From an uncultured Actinomycetota bacterium (GTDB taxonomy: Bacteria > Actinomycetota > Thermoleophilia > Solirubrobacterales > Solirubrobacteraceae), in contig CAVWTE010000004.1 of assembly GCA_963757925.1 (NCBI GenBank), positions 46,909 to 110,908 on the forward strand: a stretch of DNA of 64,000 nt, in the 5' to 3' direction. Made by a program: the position numbers and the translations under genes. Below, one piece after another: positions 39,583-49,183 of the stretch (positions are counted from its first letter, which is position 1; every line of letters starts with the position of its first letter). The notes below the pieces were generated by a model that had not been told where the DNA came from, ran no database searches, and worked only from the letters and a program-made list of their open reading frames with translations.

Positions 39583-41187
39583 CTACGAGCTTCGACGCGG
39601 CCGCTCCAGGGAGCCGCTGCCGGCCCGACCCGGACCGATCCGCTCGGCCTCGCGCGATCCGCTGCGCGGCGAAGGCGCTGCGGCTCTCTGCTGGACTGCG
39701 GGAGCCTCGCCCACACCGTACTCGGCGTAAGCGCTCCCGCCCTTCGTGTCGCCGATCACGATCAGCCCGGCGGGGGTGAGGGACATGCGATCGAGCAGCT
39801 CGCGCGTGCGCTTTAGCTCCTCGCGGTCGGTATTGCCTGGGCGGGCGACGAGGATCACGTCGTCGGCGGCGATCGCCACGTTTATCGCATCGCTGACCTG
39901 GCCGATCGGTGGCGTGTCGATAATCACGTAGTCGGCCATCTCACGGCCTTCGCTCAGAAGCTCGGGCAGGCGGCGATGGGCGATGTCTATCGCGGGCCTG
40001 CCGCCTTCGCGTCGTGGAGTCCCCGCCACCGAGAGCCCGGGCGCGGAGGGAACCTCTACGAGCAGATCGCGAAACGATGCGTCCTCGCGCGCAAGGTCCG
40101 CTTCGCGGGCACTGACCCGCAGACGCTCTTGTACCGCAGGCTTGCGCAGGTCGAAGTCGACCAGGACGACCCGAAAGCCGGCTGAGGCGAGCACGATCGC
40201 GAAGCCGACAGCCGAGGCGGTCTTGCCATCGCGCGGAGAGGCGCTCGTGAACATCACGACACGGCCGCCACCGCGAGCGCTCGCCGGGATCTGGATCTGA
40301 AGAGTTCTAAACGCCTCGCGCACCCTCGGGGGCAGCGTCGCAAGCGAGACCAGCTCACGTGCGCCACGGGGCAGAACCGGTATGCGAGCCAGAACCGGCA
40401 GCGGGTACAGCGAGAGCAGCTCATCTTCGTCGCGCACGCGCCGGTTGAGATACTCGATTCCCGTGACCGCCGCGATCGCGACTATCAAGCCGGCCAGCAG
40501 GGCCAGCACGGCTATCACCTTCGTGGAGGTGCCGGTCGCGGCGCTGGGAAGCGGCGCGTTCTGCAGCAGGGAGAAGTTTGGATCGTGCCCGGCCGCCACC
40601 GAGCTGAGCGCGCTGAGCTGCGTGGCGATCTGACCCGCTTCACCGGACGGGATGCCTTTCTGACGCACCTGCAGCTGTTCGATCTCGGCCTTTGCTTCGC
40701 CGGTCAGCTGCGTGATGTGCCGCGACAGCGTCTCGTGCGTGTATGTATTGGCCAGCGCCGCGGCTCGCGAGGCTGTGCCGGCCTTGCCGGTGATCGAAAG
40801 GATGTTGCTTTCGCCGAGCGGCTGCACGCTGATCGCTTCGCTGACCGTCTGCTGGCTCCAGCCGCCGCGAAGGTCGGCCGCGGTCGCGAGCGCGGCGGCC
40901 GGCGACTTGAGCACGGAGGTCGCAGTCTGCAGCGTGCGCGAAGGGTCGTTCGCCGATTCGGTGACCACCGGAAGGCCGACATACGGGCCGCCGTTGCCGA
41001 CGGGCGTGACGAGCACCTGGGTGGTCGCTTCGTAGGAGGCGCTGCGGCTCTTCTCGATCGCAACCGCGGCGAGCACCGCGACGAAGACTATGACGACGAC
41101 CAGAAGCGGATGCGCGCGAATTGCGCGCATGTAGGGCACGTGGGCGCCCTGCTCTGGCGGGCTGACGAAAGGCGGCTTGCTCGACAA
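39583..41187 (-). CDS. Wzc-like polysaccharide co-polymerase/tyrosine kinase
   Basis: Two TMs flanking an extracellular domain; EAFRTL, SASPRDGKT, VDFDLRKP, IIDTPP. Confidence 0.88.
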   Translation of the reverse strand: MSSKPPFVSPPEQGAHVPYMRAIRAHPLLVVVIVFVAVLAAVAIEKSRSASYEATTQVLVTPVGNGGPYVGLPVVTESANDPSRTLQTATSVLKSPAAALATAADLRGGWSQQTVSEAISVQPLGESNILSITGKAGTASRAAALANTYTHETLSRHITQLTGEAKAEIEQLQVRQKGIPSGEAGQIATQLSALSSVAAGHDPNFSLLQNAPLPSAATGTSTKVIAVLALLAGLIVAIAAVTGIEYLNRRVRDEDELLSLYPLPVLARIPVLPRGARELVSLATLPPRVREAFRTLQIQIPASARGGGRVVMFTSASPRDGKTASAVGFAIVLASAGFRVVLVDFDLRKPAVQERLRVSAREADLAREDASFRDLLVEVPSAPGLSVAGTPRREGGRPAIDIAHRRLPELLSEGREMADYVIIDTPPIGQVSDAINVAIAADDVILVARPGNTDREELKRTRELLDRMSLTPAGLIVIGDTKGGSAYAEYGVGEAPAVQQRAAAPSPRSGSREAERIGPGRAGSGSLERPRRSS

Positions 41188-41333
41188 GGAGACTCCAGCT
41201 AAGAGGGCGTTTGTATTGTAGTCGGCACGGTGGGCTGAAACTGAAGCTCTGGGCGCCCGATCCTTACCTGACGTATGGCAGGTCCGCGGCGCAAACCAGG
41301 TTGCCGAGTGCGATGCTTCTGACGATCAGCGCC

Positions 41334-42116
41334 GTGATCGACCTGCACTGCCACGTCCTTGCCTCGATCGACGACGGCCCTCGAACGCTCGAGGGCTCAA
41401 CCATGTTGACACGGGCAGCCGCTGACGGCGGAGCGAGCATACTGGTCGCGACTCCCCACGTGAGTCGGCACTACCCCAACGATGCAAGCTCAATCGCATC
41501 TGCGGTTGAGGATCTGAAGGCGCACCTGCACGCGGAGGATGTGAAAGTCGAGATCCGCGGCGGCGCAGAGATCGCCGCCGCCTACGTGAGGCGGATCGCC
41601 GCAGAGGAGATCTCGCGCCTTGGCCTTGGAGGCGGGCCCTGGCTGCTGATCGAGCCGCCCTTCGCGGCGGACGTGAGTGGGCTGGAGGAGCTGCTGCTGG
41701 ACCTCCAGCGCAGCGGTCACCGCATCCTCCTCGCTCATCCTGAGCGCTGCCCGGGGCTGCATCGAGCTCCGCAGATATTGCGCTCGCTCGTGCGCAGCGG
41801 CGTGCTCACGTCGATCACCGCAGGCTCGCTCGCGGGACGTTTCGGGCACGACGTCCGCCGCTTCGCACTCGCGCTCGCCGCCGAGGACCTCGTCCACAAC
41901 GTCGTCTCAGACGCCCACGATCATCTGCGACGGGCGCCTGGCGTCGCGGCGGAGATGGAGCAGGCGGGCCTTAGTGCACTCGGCGAGTGGCTGACGCAGG
42001 AGGTGCCCGCCGCGATCCTCGACGGCCGTGAGAGGATTCCAGCTCGTCCATCTGTCGATCTGGGCCGCGCCCGGTCATGGTACCGGCGCCGATGGCATCC
42101 GATCGGCGGCAGATGA
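41334..42116 (+). CDS. CpsB/CapC-type PHP tyrosine phosphatase
   Basis: IDLHCHVL..IDDG, ATPH, AHPER, SDAH. Confidence 0.92.
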   Translation: MIDLHCHVLASIDDGPRTLEGSTMLTRAAADGGASILVATPHVSRHYPNDASSIASAVEDLKAHLHAEDVKVEIRGGAEIAAAYVRRIAAEEISRLGLGGGPWLLIEPPFAADVSGLEELLLDLQRSGHRILLAHPERCPGLHRAPQILRSLVRSGVLTSITAGSLAGRFGHDVRRFALALAAEDLVHNVVSDAHDHLRRAPGVAAEMEQAGLSALGEWLTQEVPAAILDGRERIPARPSVDLGRARSWYRRRWHPIGGR

Positions 42117-42151
42117 GCCGGCGGCCAGGCCTGGCCGCGAGGAGATCTGTC

Positions 42152-43293
42152 ATGCCGATACGATCGACAAATGCGCCGGGATCCTGCTGGTTCACCAGCC
42201 GATCGACGGTGGTGTGGGCCGGCACGTGGCTGACCTCGCGACAGGTCTCGCGAAACGCGGGGTCGAGGTGACGCTGTGCGGGCCGACGCGACCCGAGATC
42301 GAGGCCAGCTCTCAGGAGCACATCAGACATGTCATGCTGGAGATGTCTCGTGAGGTCAAGCCTGGAGCCGACATCGCCGCCGTGCGCAAGCTTGCAGGCA
42401 TCGTGCGCGAGACACGACCGGACGTGATTCATGCGCACAGCTCCAAGGCCGGCGTCCTCGCCCGTCTCGAGCGAATCTCCAACATGCGCACGCCCCTCGT
42501 CTACACGCCTCACCTCTACTCGTTCGCGAGCAGCTTTGCGGCAGGGGCACAGCGACTGGCCTACCGCGAGGTGGAGCGTGCACTTGCGCCTCTTGCCAGT
42601 CGTGTCGTCTGCGTCTGCGAGCAGGAGGCGCGGCTCGCCCGATCGATAGGCCCCACGGACCGCGTGCGCCTGGTCTACAACGGCGTGTGCGCGGCCCCGC
42701 GCGAAACGTCTCCGGACGCCCGCATGCTGGAGCTCTCACAGCGGGGGCCGGTCGTCTGTGCAATGGCGCTTCTGCACCGCCGCAAGGGGCTCGATACCTT
42801 GATAGCGGCAGCGGCGGAGGTCCTCGCGAGCCATCCCGAGGCGCAGATCGCCATCTGGGGCGATGGCCCGGAGTTGCACGACCTTCAGGCACGCGCCGCC
42901 GCCCTTGGCGTCAGCGACGCTGTGCACTTTCTCGGCCTGTGCCCAGACCCGATGGCCGCGCTTGCAGGTGCGGATGTGTTCGTGCATCCCGCTCTCGCCG
43001 AGGCGTTCCCATACGTGATCCTGGAGGCGATGTCAGCCGGCGTGCCGATAGTCGCCAGCGAGGTCGGCGGCATTGGCGAGGCCGTGATCGACAGCGAGAG
43101 CGGCGTGCTCGTGCCCCCCGGTGAGAGCGCCCCTCTCGCACAAGCCTTGGTCGAACTACTTGCCAGTCCGGACCGGCGAGCGCAGATGGGCGCGCACGCC
43201 CTCGAGCGCTTCGAGCGCTGCTTCTCGATGGAGCGGATGCTCGACGGCGTAAGCGACGTATACGACGAGATCTCTCCGGCATGCGGGCGTTGA
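42152..43293 (+). CDS. Glycosyltransferase family 4 (probable frameshift near 42178)
   Basis: GAGGAG RBS and ATG 42152 lie out of frame with ILLVHQPIDGGV...HAHSSKAG...EAFPYVILEAM. Confidence 0.85.
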
Positions 43294-43312
43294 GATCGGC
43301 TGAGCTTCGGGC

Positions 43313-44461
43313 ATGAGCCAGCTGGATGCCACTGACTCGGTGCAGGGAGCTCGCCATGGGCATGGCCAGATCGACGTCATGCTCGCCAGCCCCTCGATGC
43401 AGGCAGGCGGCGCCGAGCGGGTGCTGACGCTGCTGGCCACCGGCCTTGCAGCCCATCGCCACCGCGTGACTCTTCTCGCTCCATCCGGCCCTCGCGACAT
43501 CGATCTGGAGGGTGTGCCGCATGCCCGCCTCCAATTGCACGACCGCGGCCGCACGGTTGGCATGGCCGTGGAGACCGTCGAGCTGGCACGAGCCACCCGA
43601 CGGCTGCGCCCAGATGTCATCCACGCTCAAAACCCGCGGCTCGCCGGCCTCGCCAGCATCGCGGCCGCACTCGCGCGGCCGCGAAAGCGGCCTCCGGTGC
43701 TCGCCACCTTCCATGGCGTACTGCCATCCGAGTATGCGCGGGCCGCCCGTCTACTCCGGCTCACAGATCATGTCGTCTGCGTCTCGAAGGACCTGCGCGA
43801 CCAACTGATCGATGCAGGCTGCCCGAGCCAGATGACCAGCGTCATCTACAACGCGATCGAGCCGATGGAGCCGATGTCTGCGCCACTCCGCGCCCAGATC
43901 GACGCCGATCTCGGGCTGGAGGGCGCCCCGGTCGCCGCAATCGTTGCGCGGATGGTGCCACAGAAGGTGCATGCACGCTTCGTCCGAGCCGCCGCCGTGG
44001 CAGCCGCTCGCGTGCCCTCGGCGCGCTTTCTGATCGTTGGCGATGGGCCTCTGCGCGCGCAGACCGAAGCGGAAGTGCAAGCAAGCGGGCTAGCTGCGAA
44101 CGTCGTGTTCACCGGAGTGCGCTCCGATGCGCGGCAGCTGATCCAACGGGCCGATGTGCTCGTCTTCTCCTCCGATTGGGAGGGACTGTCGATCGCGGCT
44201 CTGGAGGCCATGGCGGCGGGAACGCCTGTGCTCTCGACGGATGTCCAGGGCATGCGCGAGCTGTTCGCTTCAGGCGCGGGCGTCGTCGTCCCGCTCGACG
44301 ATGGCACCGTACTGGGTGAGAGGCTCGTCGAGTTGCTGCTCGACCCCGTGCGAGGTGAGACGATGGGAGCCGCCGGGATGGCGCTGATCGAGGCCAGGCA
44401 CACGGTCGACGCAATGACCGATGCCTACGAACAGCGCTATCGAGAGCTCATCTCCAACTGA
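43313..44461 (+). CDS. Glycosyltransferase family 4
   Basis: GGAER, PDVIHA, QKVH, EGLSIAALEAMAAG. Confidence 0.92.
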   Translation: MSQLDATDSVQGARHGHGQIDVMLASPSMQAGGAERVLTLLATGLAAHRHRVTLLAPSGPRDIDLEGVPHARLQLHDRGRTVGMAVETVELARATRRLRPDVIHAQNPRLAGLASIAAALARPRKRPPVLATFHGVLPSEYARAARLLRLTDHVVCVSKDLRDQLIDAGCPSQMTSVIYNAIEPMEPMSAPLRAQIDADLGLEGAPVAAIVARMVPQKVHARFVRAAAVAAARVPSARFLIVGDGPLRAQTEAEVQASGLAANVVFTGVRSDARQLIQRADVLVFSSDWEGLSIAALEAMAAGTPVLSTDVQGMRELFASGAGVVVPLDDGTVLGERLVELLLDPVRGETMGAAGMALIEARHTVDAMTDAYEQRYRELISN

Positions 44462-44517
44462 GCTTCGACCTGGGCGAACCACGCCGGATACCTCGATCCG
44501 CGTGCACTCGAGGTCTC

Positions 44518-45255
44518 TCAGGGCCGGGGAGTCTTGCCGCCACGTCGCGCACGCAGCTGCGCGGGGTGAACGCCGGCGCGCCTGAGCGTCAGCCCGGCCG
44601 TGCGGCGAGCGCGCCGCTGCAGCTCGCGCATCGTGCTCCACGCATCGCCACCGCCAGCACCGCGTGCGGGTTCGACGCCCGGGCCCTCTCGATGCTCTTC
44701 GAGCACGATCATGCCGAGACCGCCCCAGCGGGCAGACAGCGTCCCACCGGGCGCGGAGGCTGGCACGAAGTCCAGGTCGATCAGTCCGATGCGCCCGTAC
44801 TGCGCAAAGGAGATCTCCTCCAAGCCACGCCGAACCGCCTCGTTGCCCGTGTCGTGTAGCAAGATCACGCCGCTCTTCATAGCTGAGGAGCTGATCAGGT
44901 CGAGCACGTCACGCCTCACGCCCTCCGGCGAGTGGTCGCCGTCGACCAGCGCAAACTCCACGCCCTGCCCGTTCGATGCCAGCTCGTCCAGGAGGGCGGG
45001 AAGCAGCTCATGACTGTCGCCCACGTGAAAGGTGGCGTTCGGATACGCATCGGCATCGATCTGGAGCTCGAGGTCGAAGCTGTGGACGCGATCGCTGAAC
45101 TTCGCAAGCGTGCTCAAGCTTCCGCCGAGATAGGTCCCAAGCTCGATCGAGACGGATGGACGCAGCTCCGCCAGCACCCCGGCAACGGCGGCTCGCTCAC
45201 CGAGGCCCATCTGCCACGCTGACTCAGCCAGAAAAGATGGAGTCGACCCGCCCAT
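44518..45255 (-). CDS. Class I SAM methyltransferase (Methyltransf_24-like)
   Basis: IELGTYLGGS, GDSH, LVDGDHS, LLHD. Confidence 0.85.
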   Translation of the reverse strand: MGGSTPSFLAESAWQMGLGERAAVAGVLAELRPSVSIELGTYLGGSLSTLAKFSDRVHSFDLELQIDADAYPNATFHVGDSHELLPALLDELASNGQGVEFALVDGDHSPEGVRRDVLDLISSSAMKSGVILLHDTGNEAVRRGLEEISFAQYGRIGLIDLDFVPASAPGGTLSARWGGLGMIVLEEHREGPGVEPARGAGGGDAWSTMRELQRRARRTAGLTLRRAGVHPAQLRARRGGKTPRP

Positions 45256-45320
45256 GCGCAGGTACGCTACCAGCGCCGCCCGAGCATGACCTTGCCGCCG
45301 CGTTCGTGGAGGCAGGCCGA

Positions 45321-45407
45321 TCAGGCCAGCTTCGTGATGGCGATCACGATCCCCGCGAGCACGAACACGACGATCGCCACCTGCATCCAGATCCAGGTCG
45401 GGGACAT
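45321..45407 (-). CDS. 28-aa single-TM microprotein
   Basis: MSPTWIWMQVAIVVFVLAGIVIAITKLA; nearly all third positions G/C. Confidence 0.55.
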   Translation of the reverse strand: MSPTWIWMQVAIVVFVLAGIVIAITKLA

Positions 45408-45465
45408 GTGGTAAGCCAAAGCGTACTGAGCCCGAGCGATCCGGGCATGCTCTAAAGTCGCGCAG

Positions 45466-46773
45466 ATGTCCGCAAGGCGCCGATTGAGGTTGACGCTCGC
45501 ATCCATCGCGATCGCTCTCGGCATCGTGGCCCTCTCGGCTGGTGCCGGCGGCGCCAGCCCGCGCTCTGCTCCGCTTTCTGGGATCAACATCGCAGGCGCC
45601 TCTCCGGGCGAGAGCGTGGCCAAGATCGATCGTGAAATCGCGACGGCACAACGGCTCCACGCCCAGCTCGTGCGCGTCGCCCTGCCGTGGGCGCTGTTCG
45701 AACCGACGCAAGGACGGACGAGCACGGGGATGCTCGCTGCGGCCAACCGCGTCATCCAAGACGCGGCTGCAGATCACATCGGCGTGATCGCGCTCGTGGA
45801 CGACACTCCCTGCTGGGCCTCGAGCGCGCCGGCATCGCTGATGCAGGCGTGCGAGCCACAGCAGCTGAACGTCGCGAACGCATGGCCCCCGCGCGAAACC
45901 TCGACCTTCGGGACGTTCGTCGGCCGCCTGGCGCAGCGCTATGGCAGCAAGCTGACCGCCATCGAAGTGTGGAACGAGCCCGACCAGGCAAATCAAGCCT
46001 ATCTGGCGGGACCTGAAAAGCCCAAGCACTATGCGGAATTGCTGCGCGCCGCATATCCGGCGGTCAAGAGCGCCGATCCGGGCATCAAGGTGCTTGCCGG
46101 CTCCCTCGTCGGCTCCAACGGAGCCTTCATGCAAGCGCTCTACCAGCAGGGGATCGAGGGCTATTACGACGGGGTATCCGTCCACTTCTACAACCTCGTG
46201 CTCGGCTCGGTACGCAGCTTTCGCGAAGTACAGATCGAGAACCACGACTCGACGCCGTTGTGGCTGGACGAGTTCGGTTGGACCAGCTGCTGGCCGCAGC
46301 GACAAACAGAGCAGGAACAGGGCTGCGTGACGCAGGCGGTGCAGGCGCAGAACCTGACCAGCGCGTTTCGCGAGCTGGCGAAAGCGCCCTATATCGCAGC
46401 GCTCATGCCCTACGGCCTACAAGACGTCTCCGGAGAAGAATTCGGCGTGTTCAGCGCCAGCGACAAGCGCAAGCCGTCCTATTACGCGCTGGCGCAGTCG
46501 CTGCAGTCTCCCTTCGGATCTGTAAGCCCCGTAACGCTCAGGCTGCGAGTGAAGGCCGGACACGTCGTTGCCAGCGGCTCAGGTCCCGTCGGCGACTACA
46601 TGAAACTCGAAGTCTTCCGGCGTGGCGTCCTGCGCTTCCGGTCCATCTTCACGCTCAACCGCTTCAACGACTACTCGATTTCGCTGCCAAGGGTGCTCGG
46701 CACCCGCCACCTGACCGTTCGCGTCTACCAGTACTGGCTGGGGCCAAGCAGCGACGCGCAGCGACGCATCTGA
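45466..46773 (+). CDS. Secreted clan GH-A glycoside hydrolase (GH5/GH39-like)
   Basis: Signal peptide; EVWNEP, SVHFY, WLDEFGW. Confidence 0.88.
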   Translation: MSARRRLRLTLASIAIALGIVALSAGAGGASPRSAPLSGINIAGASPGESVAKIDREIATAQRLHAQLVRVALPWALFEPTQGRTSTGMLAAANRVIQDAAADHIGVIALVDDTPCWASSAPASLMQACEPQQLNVANAWPPRETSTFGTFVGRLAQRYGSKLTAIEVWNEPDQANQAYLAGPEKPKHYAELLRAAYPAVKSADPGIKVLAGSLVGSNGAFMQALYQQGIEGYYDGVSVHFYNLVLGSVRSFREVQIENHDSTPLWLDEFGWTSCWPQRQTEQEQGCVTQAVQAQNLTSAFRELAKAPYIAALMPYGLQDVSGEEFGVFSASDKRKPSYYALAQSLQSPFGSVSPVTLRLRVKAGHVVASGSGPVGDYMKLEVFRRGVLRFRSIFTLNRFNDYSISLPRVLGTRHLTVRVYQYWLGPSSDAQRRI

Positions 46774-46782
46774 GCGCCTGAC

Positions 46783-48321
46783 TCACTCCGCGTCGTGGAA
46801 GACCGCGAGCAGAGTGAGCAGCAGCACCTTCATGTCCAGGCCAAGCGACCAGTGCGCGATGTAGTAATTGTCGAGCTCGATGCGCTCGGCAAGCGAAGTC
46901 TGGCCGCGCAGGCCGTGGACCTGAGCCCAGCCGGTGATGCCTGACCTCACTCGATGTCGATCGCCATAGCGGATCACGTCCTGCATGAACAGGTCCACGA
47001 ACTCGGGGCGCTCCGGCCGGGGGCCGACGATGCTCATCTCCCCGAGGAGCACGTTGAGCAGCTGGGGCAGCTCGTCGAGCGACGTGCGTCGCAGCAGACG
47101 GCCGACGGCCGTGCGGCGATCCAGCCCCTCGACGCCGCCGGGCGCGACATCGCCTGCAAGCAGGTTGTCCAGCGCGCTGCGCTCGTCCGCGTGCTCCTTG
47201 GCAGGGAGCGGTCGCATCGAGCGGAACTTGTAGAGGTCGAAGACCTTGCCGTCGCGTCCGACACGGCGCTGCCTGTAGAGGATCGAGCCGGGCGAGCTAA
47301 GTCTCACCGCGAGCGCGATCGCACCCAGCAGAGGCGAGAGGACGACCAGCAGCGCTCCCGCGAGGGCGCGATCGAACGCATGCTTGACGGCGAACTGGAT
47401 GCCCTTTGGATCCACGGCGCTGAAGGACAGCAGCGGCAGCCCGCCGACAGGGTCGTATGCGATGCGGTTGTTGATCGTGTCGAACATCCGGGGCACGACC
47501 GAAACCTCGATTCCGAGCTCCTGCGAGCGCTGGATCATGCGCGCGAGACGCTCGTCTGCAACTGAGGAGAACGCAACCACGACGTTGCGCACATGTGCAT
47601 GCTTGACGACCTTGTCGAGGTCGTCAACCGAGCCGAGCACGGGCACGTTGCGCCCGCCGACCTCGGCGATCGACCTTGGATCGTCGTCGAGGAAGCCGAC
47701 GGGCACGAGCCCATACTCCGGGTGGCTGTCGAGCCGGCGCGCGACCTGGGAGCCGACGATGCCAGCGCCCACGATCAGCACCGGCTTGCCGATCGCCCCT
47801 GCGATCCTCGCGCGACGCTGGGCAACCGCGAGCACCGTTCTGCCGATGCCGACGGCCAGCAGCGCGAACAGCCACACGCGGACGAGCTCCTTCGAGCTGG
47901 ACATCCTCCCGTTGACGAGCAGGCCGATCATCGCGGCCGACATCGCCGCGACCGAGACCGCGCTCACCACAGGCAGGAGGCCATCCAAGACCAGCGCCCT
48001 CATCCGCGCGCGATAGAGGCCCTTGAGGTATAGAGCAAGCATCGCCAGGGGTGGCACGGCCAGCAGCGGCGCCGCGTTGGCGGATATGCGCAGCCCACCA
48101 GGACCACCGAGCGCGACGACCACCGCAGCGCAGAGCAGAACCAGATCGGCGAGCGCCCGCAGCATGTTCCAGCCGCGCCCCTCGAGCATGCGCTGCAGCG
48201 GCCCGCCGGGCTGAGCCGGCCGGCGACGCAGCACCTCGCCTGCGAGCGCGCGGTCGCGCAGCGCGGGCTGGTTGCCCGTCAGCGGCAGCGCGGAGTGGGT
48301 GCTCTGGCGCAGGATGCCCAT
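46783..48321 (-). CDS. Priming polyprenyl-phosphate sugar-1-P transferase (WcaJ-like)
   Basis: KHAFDR, YKFRSM, LRRTSLDELPQLLNVL.GEMSIVGPRPE, GITGWAQV. Confidence 0.95.
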   Translation of the reverse strand: MGILRQSTHSALPLTGNQPALRDRALAGEVLRRRPAQPGGPLQRMLEGRGWNMLRALADLVLLCAAVVVALGGPGGLRISANAAPLLAVPPLAMLALYLKGLYRARMRALVLDGLLPVVSAVSVAAMSAAMIGLLVNGRMSSSKELVRVWLFALLAVGIGRTVLAVAQRRARIAGAIGKPVLIVGAGIVGSQVARRLDSHPEYGLVPVGFLDDDPRSIAEVGGRNVPVLGSVDDLDKVVKHAHVRNVVVAFSSVADERLARMIQRSQELGIEVSVVPRMFDTINNRIAYDPVGGLPLLSFSAVDPKGIQFAVKHAFDRALAGALLVVLSPLLGAIALAVRLSSPGSILYRQRRVGRDGKVFDLYKFRSMRPLPAKEHADERSALDNLLAGDVAPGGVEGLDRRTAVGRLLRRTSLDELPQLLNVLLGEMSIVGPRPERPEFVDLFMQDVIRYGDRHRVRSGITGWAQVHGLRGQTSLAERIELDNYYIAHWSLGLDMKVLLLTLLAVFHDAE

Positions 48322-48326
48322 CGGTG

Positions 48327-48956
48327 CTAGTGACCCTTGCCGGGGTTCATGAGCCTTCTATCGACAGATTCGTCCCGGAACTGCAGGCCGGCCAGTCGCC
48401 GGGTCAGCAGGCCCATCAGGAGGAGCGCCGCGACGACGATCGCAACCATCAGCCACTGGTCACCCGAGAGCCCGAGCGCAGCAGAGGGGACGGCCGCGGC
48501 CGTGTGGCTCCTGCTCGCCACGCCTTCGCTGGCGCGGCCTGTGCGCGCGCTTCTCCTGCCGGAACGGCCGCCGGGCGTGCGTTCTTTAGTAGTAGCGCCA
48601 AGCGCCGATCCACCGCTTCGTGTGCGACCAGGCCCAGAGGGTCCGGTTCGACCGCTGCCGAGCGCCCCATGGCTCCTCGCTTGCCCGCCGGCACGACCAG
48701 CGCCGCCACGCGAAGAGCCACCCTGGATCGCTTCGGCTTCAGTGGACGTCGAGGAGGCAGCCGGAGCGCTGGGGCCGCCACCGCGCCCCCCTCTGGAGCC
48801 GCCACCGTTGACCAGGCCGCCGCCCACGAGCTGCTGTTCGCCTGAGCCAGGGCCGCCGTAGCCGCTGAGCAGCGGCGAGGCCGCCGCGGCGGCAGTTGGC
48901 ATGCCCAGGGCAGCCGCTATTGCGAGCGTTGTGATGATCGTGCTTTGGGTTCTCAT
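48327..48956 (-). CDS. Gly/Ser-rich low-complexity surface protein with C-terminal membrane anchor
   Basis: Signal peptide, LLSGYGGPGSGEQ, disordered middle, TM followed by RR. Confidence 0.75.
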   Translation of the reverse strand: MRTQSTIITTLAIAAALGMPTAAAAASPLLSGYGGPGSGEQQLVGGGLVNGGGSRGGRGGGPSAPAASSTSTEAEAIQGGSSRGGAGRAGGQARSHGALGSGRTGPSGPGRTRSGGSALGATTKERTPGGRSGRRSARTGRASEGVASRSHTAAAVPSAALGLSGDQWLMVAIVVAALLLMGLLTRRLAGLQFRDESVDRRLMNPGKGH

Positions 48957-49183
48957 GCTTCCCTGCTGTGAAACTCCTGTGGCCCGTACAACTCGCAGTC
49001 AGCTCTCCATGCCGCCCCAGCGGTCCCCCGGTCGCATATGCGACCTGACCGAACCTCGGCGAACTGCGTTCCCGTCGAGGCCGGACATCTAGCCGGGCCA
49101 ACGCAAACGGTATCGAAGCAGTGCGGACGTGTCGAGCGGGGAAACCCTGAATCTTGCTGCTATAGAGCCGCAGCCCACTCCAA

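Noticed and set aside
44518-46305. 595-aa minus-strand ORF
   Set aside because: Only the part from 45255 is a methyltransferase; the rest is antisense to the glycoside hydrolase.
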